Source of the DNA: Octopus sinensis
Lineage: Eukaryota
Direction of reading: 5' to 3'
DNA length: 64,000 bases
Assembly (NCBI RefSeq): GCF_006345805.1
Contig: NC_043020.1
Location: 21,514,001-21,578,000, forward strand
A program made the position numbers and the translations under genes. How positions within the stretch are numbered: the stretch's first letter is position 1; every line of letters starts with the position of its first letter. Under the pieces are notes generated by a model. It saw nothing but the letters and a program-made list of their open reading frames with translations, was not told where the DNA came from and did not search any database. This document shows, in pieces, positions 12,686-25,602 of the stretch.

Positions 12686-13996
12686 GTGGCTAGGTTGTAT
12701 CCTTGTCCACCAGATATTTGAAGCATCTCAGTGGTGATTCTTGATGATCCAGGTACTTTCCCTGTCTTCATATCCGAAACCCTTCAGCATTCAGATTATT
12801 CTGTTAAATCCTCATCATCATCATTTAACGTCCGCTTTCCATGCTAGCATGGGGTTGGACGATTTGATTGAGGTCTGGCAAACCAGATGGCTGCACCAGA
12901 CTCCAATCTAATCTGGCAGAATTTCTACAGCTAGATGCCCTTCCTAACGCCAACCACTCTGAGAGTGTAGTGGGTGCTTTTATGTGCCACTGGCATAAGG
13001 GCCAGTCAGGCGGTACTGGCAACGGCCACACTCAAATGGTGCTTTTTATGTGCCACCTGCACAGGAGCCAGTCCAGCAGCACTGGCAATGACCTCGCTCA
13101 AATGCTTTTCATGTGCCACTAGCACAAGTGCCAGTAAGATGACGCAGGTAACGATCACGCTTGAATAGTGTTTTTTATGTGTCACCGGCACGGAGGCCAG
13201 CTTGTTGCTCTGGCAACGATCATGCTCATATGGTACTCTTAGCACAGCATATTTCCAAAGTTCCCGGTCACTAATCATTGCCTCATCCAATGCATATTTA
13301 TTCACATTACTTTGAATTAATCATGCCTTGTCTTGTAGCTTCAAAATTTCAATAATGTGATTGCGTACTTCTAGAATGACATTGTTGGGTAGGTGTGATA
13401 GGCTGGAACTGGCCAGTTTGGGCCTGATATGGCCATTTCAAATGCTAAAAGGTTAATTGCTTTATAATATTGATGTCAACTCTGATGGCTGGATCCTCAA
13501 TTAGGTTCGTATTTGAAAGACTCTCCTCTGCAGTTAGCAATCTTTCATAGTGGTATTTACATACCTCTGTCTTCTCAGCATCCCTTGATGCAAGCATACT
13601 ATTATCCATTCATACACATTTCTCACCCACAGCTCTATTCTCTCTGGTACACTGCTTTGCAATCTCAGATATGTCATGTCTGAACCTCAAACGGTCTCTC
13701 CTTTTATTATGTAAATCTGTCATCTAGCTTCCATACTGAATATCTGATATAATTCTGTTACCACCAGGTTGTTTCATTGTCTCGCAGGAGCTTCCAGTTC
13801 TCCTGTTTTTAAGGTATATGTCTCCAACTCCTCCTCCTTGTCAGATGTCTCCATTAGAATATTTCTGAATTTCTGTTGGTTTGCTGGGTCTTTGAGCTTC
13901 CATAACCTCATTTTCCAGATTGGTTTGCTTCTCTGAGCCCTAGCACTAATTCTGAAGTTGCTAACTAGTGACCTATGTTGGGTTGTACATTCTTCA

Positions 13997-14096
13997 NNNN
14001 NNNNNNNNNNNNNNNNNNNNNNNNNNNNNNNNNNNNNNNNNNNNNNNNNNNNNNNNNNNNNNNNNNNNNNNNNNNNNNNNNNNNNNNNNNNNNNNN
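13997..14096. other. Scaffold gap (100 N)
   Basis: Run of 100 N. The flanks are different LINE families (RTE-like on - to the left, CR1 on + to the right). Confidence 1.
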
Positions 14097-15038
14097 ATGT
14101 GGAGCTTGACGAAATATACAAGTGGGCTGAAAAGAATAGCATGCAGTTCAATGCTGAAAAGTTTCAAGCTTTATACTATCAGCATGCAAAACTGAATGCA
14201 ACACCCAATGAATACACTGGACCCGGAGGGATTGCAATCCCAGAGGCACAATCAGTGCGTGACCTGGGTATTCACATGAGTGATGACGCGACCTTTCATG
14301 TACATGTTGCTAAAGTGGCATAAATGTAGACGGCTGGCTGGATGGATTCTCAGAACCTTTAGAACAAGAACAAGAAACCATGATGGTCCTCTGGAGGACA
14401 CTTATCCTTAGCCACTTTGACTATTGCTCTCAGTTTATGGTCACCATCCATGTCCAGTTGATCACAGAGCTCGAGGCGATCCAGCGTAGCTACACACAAG
14501 AAGATAGCCTCTATGCAGAATGTAAGCTACGGGAAAGACTCAAGAGATTAAACTATATTCCTTGGAGCGTAGGCTGAAAGATATGCCATAATATACATCT
14601 GGAAGATCCTGTAGGGACGTGTCCCAAACTTTGGCATCGAGAGTTACACAAATGCCAGAACTGGGCGCCACTGCGTGGTGCCTAGGACTCCAAATTTGCC
14701 ATCAAGATGTAAGACAAGATACTGTGATAGCCTGGGCTTCCGTGGCCCACAGCTCTTCAATATCCTCCCGAAGAACCTGAGAGACCTGCATGGGGTGGAT
14801 GCAGATATCTTTAAAATGGAACTGGATCTCTTCCTGTCTGGTGTCCCAGATGAACCAACTTCACGGCAGGAGGTGCAGATGAGGGCAGCTGTATCGAACT
14901 CTCTCATGCACCAAATGGCAGTTGCTAAAAAGCTTTCGTGAAGTAAAACCAAGTAGCAACACCAAATGGTGGTGCCCCAGCATGGCCACAGCTCATGAGC
15001 TGAAACTAGAATCAATCAATCAATCAATGAATCAATCA
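14097..15038 (+). mobile_element. CR1-clade LINE 3' end with (AATC)n tail
   Basis: MQFNAEKFQ..VRDLGIHMSDDATF..LSHFDYCSQ..FRGPQLFNILPKNLR..FKMELDLFLSGVPDEP is the CR1 RT thumb and C-terminus. It terminates in aatcaatcaatcaatc. Confidence 0.9.
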
Positions 15039-15183
15039 AATATATATATATGTATATGAAATTAATTAAGGGTAGAAATTGATATTTATCAATTAAGACC
15101 AGTGGTCTAGCATATTAAAAAAGAATCCGAAGATTGAAATATTTATATATACCAATTAAGGACTGAACACGAAAAGTGGACAG

Positions 15184-15228
<45 letters not shown>

Positions 15229-15506
15229 ATGTATATTTATATATATGTTATATATATATATGTATATATATATGTATATATATGTATATAAAATATGTAT
15301 ACATAATATGTATATATATTTATATATATATATATGGTATTATATGTATATATATATATATGTATATATATGTATATATATATATATATATATTATATGT
15401 ATATATATATGTATATATATATATGTGTATATATATATATATATATCTATATATGTATATATATATATAATTATATATGTATATATTGTATATATATATA
15501 TATGTA

Positions 15507-15553
<47 letters not shown>

Positions 15554-15599
15554 GTTATATATATATATTTATATATTATATATATATATATATATATTG

Positions 15600-15633
<34 letters not shown>

Positions 15634-15802
15634 TAATATATCTATATATATTATATATATTTATATGTATATATATTATTTAAATTAGAGATAAAACCAC
15701 TATTAGGCAAATCATACAATGAAAACTTAAGCTAATACATAAGATTATTTAATTTATATTATTTAAATATATAACAAATATTAAAAAAATAAATTAATAT
15801 AA

Positions 15803-15865
15803 CACTACGATCGTTTCATGGCTGTTAATTTCTTTAATTTTCGAGTTACAGTCATTCATCAGGTG
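15803..15865 (-). ncRNA. Type I hammerhead ribozyme motif (PLE-type)
   Basis: The - strand reads CAC-CUGAUGA-[AUG(A)CUGU..loop..ACAG(C)CAU]-GAAA-C-GAUC-GUA-GUG. The catalytic core is intact, stem I is CAC/GUG, stem II pairs, and stem III is the palindrome ACGAUCGU. Confidence 0.7.
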
Positions 15866-15881
15866 GTTTAAATATTTAAAC

Positions 15882-15919
15882 CACCTGATGAAATTAACAG
15901 CCATGAAACGATCGTAGTG
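15882..15919 (+). ncRNA. Type I hammerhead ribozyme motif with truncated stem II
   Basis: CAC-CUGAUGA(15885-15891)-AAUUAACAGCCAU-GAAA(15905-15908)-C-GAUC-GUA-GUG. Same core as the - strand copy, but the 5' half of stem II is deleted. Confidence 0.5.
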
Positions 15920-16178
15920 TTATATTTTTTTAATAATTTTGTTATATATTTAAATAATATAAATTAAATAATCTTATGTATTGGCTTAAGTTTTTCATTG
16001 TATGATTTGCCTAATAGTGGTTTTATCTCTAATTTAATATAATATAATATTTTACTATAAAATTGGATTCAATCCTAAATCTGATTTTTCCTTGTAAGTT
16101 TGGATTTATTCCCTAATATTATTATATGTTATATATATATATATATATTATATATATATATTATATATGTATATATAT

Positions 16179-16213
<35 letters not shown>

Positions 16214-16414
16214 TATATATATATATGTATATATATGTATATATATTATGTATATATATATATATATATTATGTATATGTATATATATAGTATATATATA
16301 TATATGTATATATATATATGTTATATATGTGTATATATATGTATATTATATGTATAATTATATGTATATATATATGTATATATATGTATATATATATATA
16401 TGTATATATATATG

Positions 16415-16445
<31 letters not shown>

Positions 16446-17132
16446 GTATATATATATATTGTATATATATATATGTATATATATATGTATATATATATAT
16501 ATGTTATATATATGTATATATATATATGTATATATATATATATGTATATATATATTATATGTAATATATATATGTATATATATATTATGTATATATATAT
16601 GTATGTATATATATGTATATATATTTATATATTATGTAATATATAGTATATATATATATGTATCTATATATGTATATATATATATATGTATATATATATA
16701 TGTATATATATATGTATATATATGTGTATATATATGTATATAATATATATGTATGTATATATATATGTATAATATATATGTGTATATATATATATATGTA
16801 TATATATATTGTGTATATATATATATATATGTATATTATCATCATCATCGTTTAACGTCTGTTCTCCATGCTAGCATGGGTTGGACGGCTCGACCGGGAT
16901 CTGGGAAGCCAGAAGGCTGCACCAGGCTCCGGTCTTATCTGGCAATGTTTCTACAGCTGGATGCCCTTCCTAACGCCAACCACTCCGTGAGTGTAGTGGG
17001 TGCTTTTTACGTGCCACCTGCACTGGTGCCAGGCGAGGCTATGTATATATATATGTATATATATATATATTATATATATATGTATATATATATATATTAT
17101 ATATATATATATATATATAATATATATATATA

Positions 17133-17193
<61 letters not shown>

Positions 17194-17315
17194 CACATGC
17201 ACATTAATATACAAACAATTACATGTAAAGAATGTGTTTATATGAAATGTTAGTCACTCCACCTACTTATCTCTCATTTTTATTATTTTTGTCTAATTTT
17301 TCAACCTAATATATA

Positions 17316-17346
<31 letters not shown>

Positions 17347-17534
17347 AACGCTATCCCCTACTATACAATAACCTTTCATTTTCTGAAGAGAATGCTGTGA
17401 CTGCTTCATGGAGCTATCAAAATCCATACGAGTTAATTCTTTAGTTTGCTTTTATGATATTGTCTCAGTATTGTACCTGCTTGCATGGTTATATATATAC
17501 ATGATTATATCTACTAGTAACACTAGGCAACAAA

Positions 17535-18070
17535 GATTTTGTTACAGAAAACCATCGTTTTGAGAGACACACAACCAGTAGAACTGAGAAAAACATCATA
17601 GATGTGAGGAGAGGTTGTCTAATTACCATCCGTGAGTTATCAGTGGATGTGCAGATTAGTTACAATTCAGTTCAGTCCATTATCACTGAAGATTTGGGTA
17701 TGAGACACGTGTCTGCCAAGTTTGTGCCAAAACTGCTTTCAGCTGATCGAAAAGACACTCAGGGTTTCAGTTGCACAAGATGTCTTTGAATGTGTCGAGA
17801 ACGATGAAAACTTTCCATAGGCCTCTGAGCAGGTATCTTCAAGCTTTAGGCAAAACTTGATGCAGATTCTCTGCTCAACTTTCTCTGTCATACGCTACAC
17901 ACCTTACTTCCAAGCATTGCTGTAAACAGCAGAAGTGAGCTAGGACGTTAAAACTTAGTGTGCATGTACAGCAGAGTTCAAGGTCAATCTGCGCTAAGCG
18001 GCTTCACTCTGCATGCTATAGCTTTGTTACTATTTCAACAGTCTGGATACTTATCAATCAGACCATGTAT
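17535..18070. mobile_element. Rearranged mariner remnants
   Basis: The + strand gives ITIRELSVDVQISYNSVQSIITEDLGMRHVSAKFVPKLLS (second HTH plus linker), followed by an oppositely oriented 5' end-like segment ending at TA. Confidence 0.7.
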
Positions 18071-18287
18071 ATAAATTGATTTTGATCAATAAAACTTATT
18101 CCAAGTTGGCAACACTGAGTCGAGAGCATAGTAATGGCTAAACGGTCAGTCATTATGTGACAGTCAAGTGGAGCTGTTGTTGAAACACTCTGCTGGTAAC
18201 TTGTGTACATTTCTTATTATTTTGTATATTGTAATTATTACTTCCTACACTTTTTTTGTGTTTTCCAGACATTGTATGGTAATTAAA

Positions 18288-18368
18288 ATGCAATCAAATA
18301 GATGTGTTTGTGTAAATTACCCAGACAACTTCTGCTATATTTCTGGACAATATACACCTAATTGTAGG
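18288..18368 (+). mobile_element. Chapaev3-like transposase N-terminal fragment
   Basis: MQSNRCVCVNYPDNFCYISGQYT resembles the C-x-N-x-P-D-x-F-C-Y-I-C-G start of CMC/Chapaev3 transposases (recalled). It is short. Confidence 0.4.
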
Positions 18369-19029
18369 ATGTGTTATGTCATTCTGTGAAAATTTCACAT
18401 AGATTTTTGAAACACGATGTTTTCATTAAAACAAAGGTCAAGGAATTAAAACATCAATGCTTCCATTTTTTACTTCTGCCACCTTTAAAAATGGTAGCCA
18501 AAGTCATTAATCCTGCATGATTTTCCATTAAATTAAGAAAGAAAATGGGTTAAAATTATGCAATGTATTGTTTTTAAAGCCAAGAATTCAAATATGACAT
18601 TTGTAATTATGAAAAAGTTATATTTTGAGCATTTGGTAGCTATATTTTTTTTAATGGCTACCAAAAATGGCCATCTTACCAAATATTCTGATATTCTACA
18701 TTATCATCTATACCAGTCACTCATACACTCTTTGTAGAATTTCTCTACCTCTACTATAGACATAACTACTGTTCATGAATATAGTGCTAATATTTTCTCT
18801 ACCTCTACTATAGATGTAACTACTGTTCATGAATATTGTGCTAATATTTTACCTGTCAGAATTAATTTTGAATGTTGTTTATACCACATACTGTAAAATC
18901 TTTGGGGAAGATTCATATGGGTAGTTTGGGGTGGATGGGTAAGCAAATGTTTTCTCTCAATAATTGTGATTTTTTTTCTCTTTGCATGTCCCTGAATTAA
19001 GATGTGGAATCTGTAGGTCAACCTCCTGC

Positions 19030-21360
19030 TAAAGGAATCCATCTTGAACATCCTCTGACTGACTATAAACTATGCATCATCAGCCAAATCAACAAGACTG
19101 GACCCACAGTAAGAAATCCAGCTGTAGAAACATTTCAAAATTCGTCAGGCAAACAAATACTTTGGCCGACTTGAAAGAAAGACTTGACAAGGACAATACT
19201 GCAGATTATTTGATAAAACAACAAGCATTCTGGCATAGAAAATGTTATTCCAATGCAACCAATTCAGACCACCTGAAGAGAGCAAAGGCTAGATATGATG
19301 CAACAATAGCAAGGAGACAATATCACCTCTTAAACGCAAGTGAGGTCGCCCTCATCTGGCTCTTTCACAAAATCAAAATCAAAATCATTTCAAAAATCTA
19401 AATGCTTCTTTTGCCAAAAAAAAGAATTACGAAAGTTACATGCATGCAGCACTGAGAATATTGGGTATCAAATATATGAAATCGTGTAGAAAAGTGATAA
19501 TAATAAAGCTGGAAAGTATATCATGCAGAAATCATAGCTGAGAAAGATCCCTGTCAAAAGATATAATGTACCACAAGACAGCGGGCAAAGTACTGCTCTT
19601 CTCCTAAAGGGTTTACAAGCACTAGTGGAAGTTGTCTTACCAATACAGAAGAAAAATGTAGTGTTAAAAGCATTGCAGGAGGTCTTTAGATGATGGCAAA
19701 ATTATGTCTATAGTAGAGGTAGAGAAATTCTACAAAGAGTGTATGAGTGACTGGTATAGATGATAATGTAGAAATAAATCATACACCACTAAAGGAAAAG
19801 ATTTTGAAACACTGCAAAAACATCAAGTTTACAAGACCTATAGATGTCAAATTCAATGTAGCCAGTCATGAGAAAGACATGCTAAAGCTTTTTGATGTAA
19901 GCAGAATAATATGACATGCAATTCATAATGCCAAATATAACCCTTGAAACTTTAGTGGTGGATGATAAATATATACCACACAAGCTGTATTCATTGTTGT
20001 GTTGGATTATTGAAGGTATGAGGATTGGGACGAGTGGAGACAAAAGAAATACAATAAACATAATGTGCCAAAGTTTAGTGCACAAGTCAGATAAACAAAT
20101 GTCATACAAGGCAAAATCTGATGTTTCTAAATTTCGTTCTGAAACTGAAACACTAACATGTGAAATTTTCCTTGCATTCCTATCATGCAAGAGAGAAATT
20201 GGCTTTCTTCACCATTCTGTAACAAAACATATTTCACAGATAGCTTGTGTAGTGAAGGACAATATGAAGAAACATGAAGGAATTTATATTCCAGCTAATC
20301 TTAGCAAGGACAAACCAATTCTTGGATCACTGGACAACACTGACAGTCAGGTAGCCACTCCAGATGGTAGAAACTCTTTTCATGGCACAGCCATTGTTGT
20401 TTACCAAGAAATAGCCCTTATCGGTAAGGAGATTTTCAGTGACCCATTAAACCTCAATCAACTTACTGACTTGAGATGGGTAGATGTACCCAAGTCACTA
20501 TTAGATGTACAAAAGACTAACAATACTGGAAATCCAACACCTTACCAAAATCCACATTGTCCAGACTTCCAACTAGGTCAGTATGATGAAGAATCCAAGG
20601 CATAAAGGAAATTGATCTGGCATAGCTACTGGCCAGACATTTCAATAGACAGAAATCTACAGGATTCTGAATCTGAGACATGTGCCTCTAGCGAGACTGA
20701 TGAACCAACAATTGAATCTGAAGATATTGAAGTTACCACTGAACAATTTAACGATAATTCAAAATTAGACTCAAAGAAGCAGGACATACCTTTATGAGGA
20801 GCATACAATTCATTGATTATTGAGAGGGATGGTAAAGTAGATTATGCACACCCATTACCCATTATAAATTCTGTAACCAATCACTGGTCAACATTGATAA
20901 CAGGATGAGAAAATCTTTCTAAATTAAATAAGATAGTTAGAGGGGAGAATGCACCACCTATATCTGTTTGGATGGATATGGATCTCTGCAAGAGGGCTTT
21001 GAAAATTCCATACTTAGAGGATCCTTTTAAGGAAAAATGGGTCATATATCTGGGCAGTTTCACATAGTATTGTGTGCTTTGAGATGTCTTAGCCAAAAGA
21101 TAGATCAGTTATTGATTGAGGCAGAAATTTATTCAAGTGTAACTATGAACCAGATAATTAGCACTACAACAGGGTTGTCATCTGTTAACTTTGTCAGAGT
21201 GTCATCAGGTAACTTTGCAAGCTCTTGCAGACTTGTGGCTAGAAACCGTCTTTTACAAAAATCCAGACTTGCAGTGAAAATTTATAGTATAATTTCAGAA
21301 TATTTTAGGAGCAGTCAGTTAAAAGAGGGGCATAGCAAACTATCTCTGAGATGAAGGCAA
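19030..21360 (+). pseudogene. Academ-like DNA transposase relic
   Basis: Collinear frameshifted motifs WHRKCYSNATN..HLKRAKARY; YIPANLSKDKPILGSLDNTDSQVATPDGRNSFHGTAIVVYQ; IPL*GAYNSLI..HWSTL; MDMDL; GQFHIVLCALRCL..LIEAEIYSSVTMNQII. These match the IPxN..DN.D..T.DGK.T.H / WxAYNSL / WSTL / GELH..M layout I associate with Academ transposases. Confidence 0.65.
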
Positions 21361-21429
21361 TTGATCTTGCTAAAAAACTCAAAGTGTTTGATCTCACTTA
21401 GAAATATCCTCTTTATAAATGGATGAGAC

Positions 21430-24400
21430 AGTACATGAAGTTAACAAGGTGAAGGTCAGCAATGAATTTTGAGCAGGCAGGAGTTCACTGAGGCTTAGTT
21501 CTCAGCCTTCTCTTGTTTATCATAGTCTTCCAAACCATAAAAGTAGTATTTAAAACTGGTCGCCCTTAGGAACTTCTGTATGCTGATGACCTTGTTCATA
21601 TAGCCAAATCTATAGTAGAATTAGAGAAGAATTTCAGGTATGGAACCAAGGTTTGGAATCAATGCACCTTGTTAATTTAGCAAACACCAAAGTACTAGTA
21701 AGTAGACAAGTTACTAATCCCTTCAGGGAGGTATTGTTCAATATGTAGGTGTAGATAGAAATTCCACTTGGTGTACCTTGAGCAAGCTGTGGACACAAGA
21801 AGTACAATGTAATCACAAAGTTTAACAGAAAGTTGTCTGTGTGAGGCAGATATGCAGGAACTGTAAATACTATGAACACACAGGAAATAGATTTTCTTAA
21901 ATGTTCTAGGTGCCTTGGAGGTAGATAGTTACTATTACCTAGGTGATTGAATTAACAGTGGAAGAGGAGGCTCTAAAAGTGGAGAGGAGCCTCAGATTAG
22001 ACTTCTCACAGGCAAAGAACAGAGATACAATATATTCCAGGTGAGCAATAGTGATGTGTGAGAGGAGTAAGCATATTTTTGGTAGGGAAAGATGGCTTTG
22101 TATCAGATGAGAGGTTATCAATAGAGGGACAAAAATAGTTAGAGAAGGTTGTAGTTAGAGTATGCAACAAGATATTTAAGTTCAGGCTAATCTTGGCTAA
22201 TTCAACAACAACATATGTTTCCACGTAAGCTCCTCAATTGGGTCTAGTGGATGAACAAAAGAACCAATTTTACTAAGCATTTTTGCAGATTACCTCAATG
22301 ACAAACAATAGTGACATTATTGTTGTGACTGGTGACTTCAATGGATATGTTGAGCAGTAATCCAATGGATTCCATGGTGTGTAAGGAAACTATGGTTGTA
22401 GTGCTGGAAATGATGTAAGTGACTTCAAGAAACTAACCAGTTGCCTGATCACCATCATTCTGGTGAGCACACAAGCCAGATTGGCTACATTCTCACTAGA
22501 AAACAGGATAGGCAGAGACTTGTGCATGCAAAGCCCTTCATGCACAACCTAGCATAGGTTAGTAGCTAGTGACTTCAGACTTAAAGCTAAAAGGAATCAG
22601 AGATGGGAAATAAAGAAGAGGGGAGTACAGCAGTGGAAGCTTAAAGGTTCAGTGAACAGTCAGAAATTTAGAGGAGTACTAGATGAAGCATTTGACAAAA
22701 AGGAGGCAATAGCAACTTATAATGTAAAGGAAAGCTGGACGTTCCTTTAGGACAACCTATTGAAAATAACAGACCAAATTTGTGACTAGTTCAAATTTCC
22801 AACCAGACTAAAGGTGACATAATGGTGAAACAATGAAGTTGGCAAAGCCATAAAGGTGAAGAGACAGGATTGGGAATATGGAGGTAGCAGAGAAATATAC
22901 CAGATCGGTAAACAAGAATCAGAAAGGAAGATGTTTACTGATGTTCTTTGGTTGTGAGGATCAGAGGCATGAAGTGTTACAGATTGTAAGGCAGTGTATT
23001 AGAGAAAATTGTAATTTGGGAGAGTGTGAACAGATGGATGATGGTGCACTTAGTGGTTCAGAAAAGAAAGAGGCATAGAAATACTATGAAAGGTTACTAA
23101 ACATGGAAAATGCATGAGAGAAATGGGATATCTAGATGTGAACCTCATGAGGAGTTGACAAGAAAATCCCATGGTCCATCAGGATATATCATCAAGATGC
23201 TTAAAATATCTGATAGCATGGGATACGACTTAGTTGCCTGTATAGTTAATCAGGTTGAACAAGAAGGTATCGTGCCCAATGACTGATGTATCAGCATTAT
23301 AGTTAGCTGTTATAAGGCTAAAGAAGAAGCCTTGGAGAAATAATACCAGTGGTGTCAAACTGCTGGACCAGGTCATAAAAATTATGGAAAGGATTTTAAG
23401 CTCAACTAATTAGCAAGAGCGTTAATTTAGATAGGATCCAGTTTGGTTTTACACTAGGAAGAAATAATATTGATGTTTTCTACTAGTAAAGCACTACAGG
23501 GAAAGAATTTAGTCAAAAATAAACCACTGTACTTGACATCTGGTGAGGTGGAGAAAGTCTTTGACAGAGTCCATTACTCACTTATCTGGTGGGTACTACA
23601 GAATTTTGAGATAGATGAATATCTGGTGAGAGCCATCCAAACTATGTATAGTGATGCTGACAGTAAGATGAGAGTTATTAACAATGAAATTAATGTGCAG
23701 GTAGAATTTATCCGGCTCACTTCTCAATCTCCTTTTAATCATTATTTGTAGTAGAATTAGAAAATAAATTGTTTAGCCTAAAAGTTAACTTAGGACAGTT
23801 CTGGTAAGCAAAAAACAGACAACCCAATAATCCCTTCATGAAAATGGCCTGACTCATAATGTAGCAAAGGTATAGGTAGAAATTTCATGTGGTGTACCAA
23901 GTGTGAGCTATGTCACATAAGAGGTGTAGTGGAATCACAGGGTGGTTAACAGAGAAAATAGATTTTGTATGCATAGGAGCAATAAGCACCAGAAATACAT
24001 AGGAAATAGATTTCCGTGAATGTCCAGAAGGCTCCTTAGAGCTAATAGATAGTTCCTGTACGTAGGTGATCTAATTAGCAGTAGGGGAGGTTGTTTTGAA
24101 AGTACAATTGCTAGACTATGAGTGAGATAGAGAAAGTTTAGAGAATTATTATCTTTATTGGCAACAAAAGGTACCCACTGAGTGAAAGGCAGATTGTATG
24201 ATGCTTGTGTCAAACAGCAATGCTACATGGTAGCAAAATGTGGGCTGTGAAAGCAGAGAATATACAAAGTTTTGAAAGAAACAAAACCAGAATTCTGTCA
24301 TGCCAGTGTGCATGTATAACAAAATGTAGATGTGTTGAGAGAAAAATTGGATGAGAGGGACATCACATGTAGTGTGCAAGAGAGAAGACTACTTTTATGA

Positions 24401-24575
24401 ATAAAGCAGTGTCAATCACTAAATGTGGACAGAACCTGTGGAAAATAGAAACCCAGTAAGACATGGGACCAAGTGGTGAAAAATGATCTCCAATTGTTGA
24501 ACCTCACCAAGGAGATGACAAAGAACCAAGATGATTCATGAGTTACTGTGCTTAAGATGACCTGTTGATCTAAGC
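21430..24575 (+). mobile_element. Decayed RTE-clade LINE pieces (RT tail, then APE to RT to 3' end)
   Basis: LYADDLV at about 21575, GDFNGYV at about 22330, EKVFDRVH at about 23550, KGRLYDACV at about 24185. The domain order implies at least two copies. Confidence 0.8.
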
Positions 24576-24823
24576 AAAAATTGGGCCTTTAAGACATGTT
24601 GGTTATGTCTCTGCCCCTGCACACAGTCTGTTCTTGATGAATCTCTCCCCAACAACTCATCTTCCCAACTCCTCCCCTCCACCTGTGTTCAACACTTTCT
24701 GCATTTTCCTTCCCCTTTCCTCTATCTACCACTCGCCTTTCACACTCTCACAACTTCTTGCCCACACACCCTGTCCAGTCCATCTGTGAACTAGAGAGGT
24801 ACTATTGTGATGTTTACCTGATG

Positions 24824-25045
24824 CTAAGTATCCATAGAAGCAGCTTTAGGTTCATCATGATGGGTAACCAATGAGTTGGGTTCAATATTTTGTTTAAGTT
24901 GCTGTAGTTGTGTTGTTGTTAGATTCATGTCTGTTATTTCTTTAGATTCCTTCTCAATTTTTCCAAAACCCATTTTGAATTTTTTAGCATTTTCTGTTTG
25001 ATATTTCAAGAGATTCTGCACATTAGTTAGGTTTTTCATCAATAT
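24824..25045 (-). CDS. Terminal coding exon of an unidentified coiled-coil protein (73 aa plus stop)
   Basis: Strong acceptor tttctctgttttcttttag|. Phase 0 frame ILMKNLTNVQNLLKYQTENAKKFKMGFGKIEKESKEITDM..KAASMDT* continues the exon at 33054. A cag|gtaaac donor-like site lies 6 nt after the stop. Confidence 0.7.
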   Translation of the reverse strand: MLMKNLTNVQNLLKYQTENAKKFKMGFGKIEKESKEITDMNLTTTQLQQLKQNIEPNSLVTHHDEPKAASMDT

Positions 25046-25602
25046 CTAAAAGAAAACAGAGAAATAGAATGAGCAAGAAAAGGTGAGAATGAGGAGGAAA
25101 ATAATAGAGAGTGAGGGTAAGAGGGAGAAAATGGGTAAAAAGATTTCTTGAATTTAACTTTCCTTTGAGTTAGATATTTTGATAATTATGTGCTTAGTGG
25201 TGTTGTTGATGATGGTAGTGGGGTGACAGTGATGATTACGAGCTGGTATTGATAATAATAATGGTGATGATGACATCAATGATGTTAAATCAGATTAGAT
25301 ATTGTTGACAGAAAAGTTGGCTTACGTCATTTTTCTGGTTAGATTTCTCCAATTGTTTCAATGTTTCTTCTTTTTCAATGTTCAGCTGAAATAATAGAAT
25401 ACTGTAACTTGGAAAACAACTGCTAAAAGCTATTTAAAATGAATGTAAAACAGTAAAGCAAGATTTTTTCTCCATAGCAAAACAGTGAAAATGCCCCTTT
25501 AGCGATCAAGTGTGTCCCAAACATATTTGACACCACTGCTTCCTGTGCCACCAATATATTTTGTTCTGGCCTAGTGGCTGATGCATGTGATCAGTAAATA
25601 TA

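Larger units (their letters stand above)
15680..16037. mobile_element. Foldback (long inverted repeat), Penelope inverted-pLTR-like
   Basis: 15680-15832 is the reverse complement of about 15890-16037. The centre is the palindrome catcaggtggtttaaatatttaaaccacctgatg. Confidence 0.85.
15180..17205. repeat. Degenerate (TA)n/(TATG)n tracts interleaved with a foldback and an RTE tail
   Basis: Arrays at about 15185-15678, 16110-16837 and 17040-17195. Confidence 0.95.

Noticed and set aside
12975-13235. CRISPR-like array of recurring units (also 44450-44790)
   Set aside because: These are degenerate tandem units with no unique spacers and no cas genes, embedded in a LINE 3' UTR in a eukaryotic context.
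19916-20605. 229-aa ORF as a domesticated host gene
   Set aside because: Flanked by collinear frameshifted and stop-containing transposase segments, with no splice structure.
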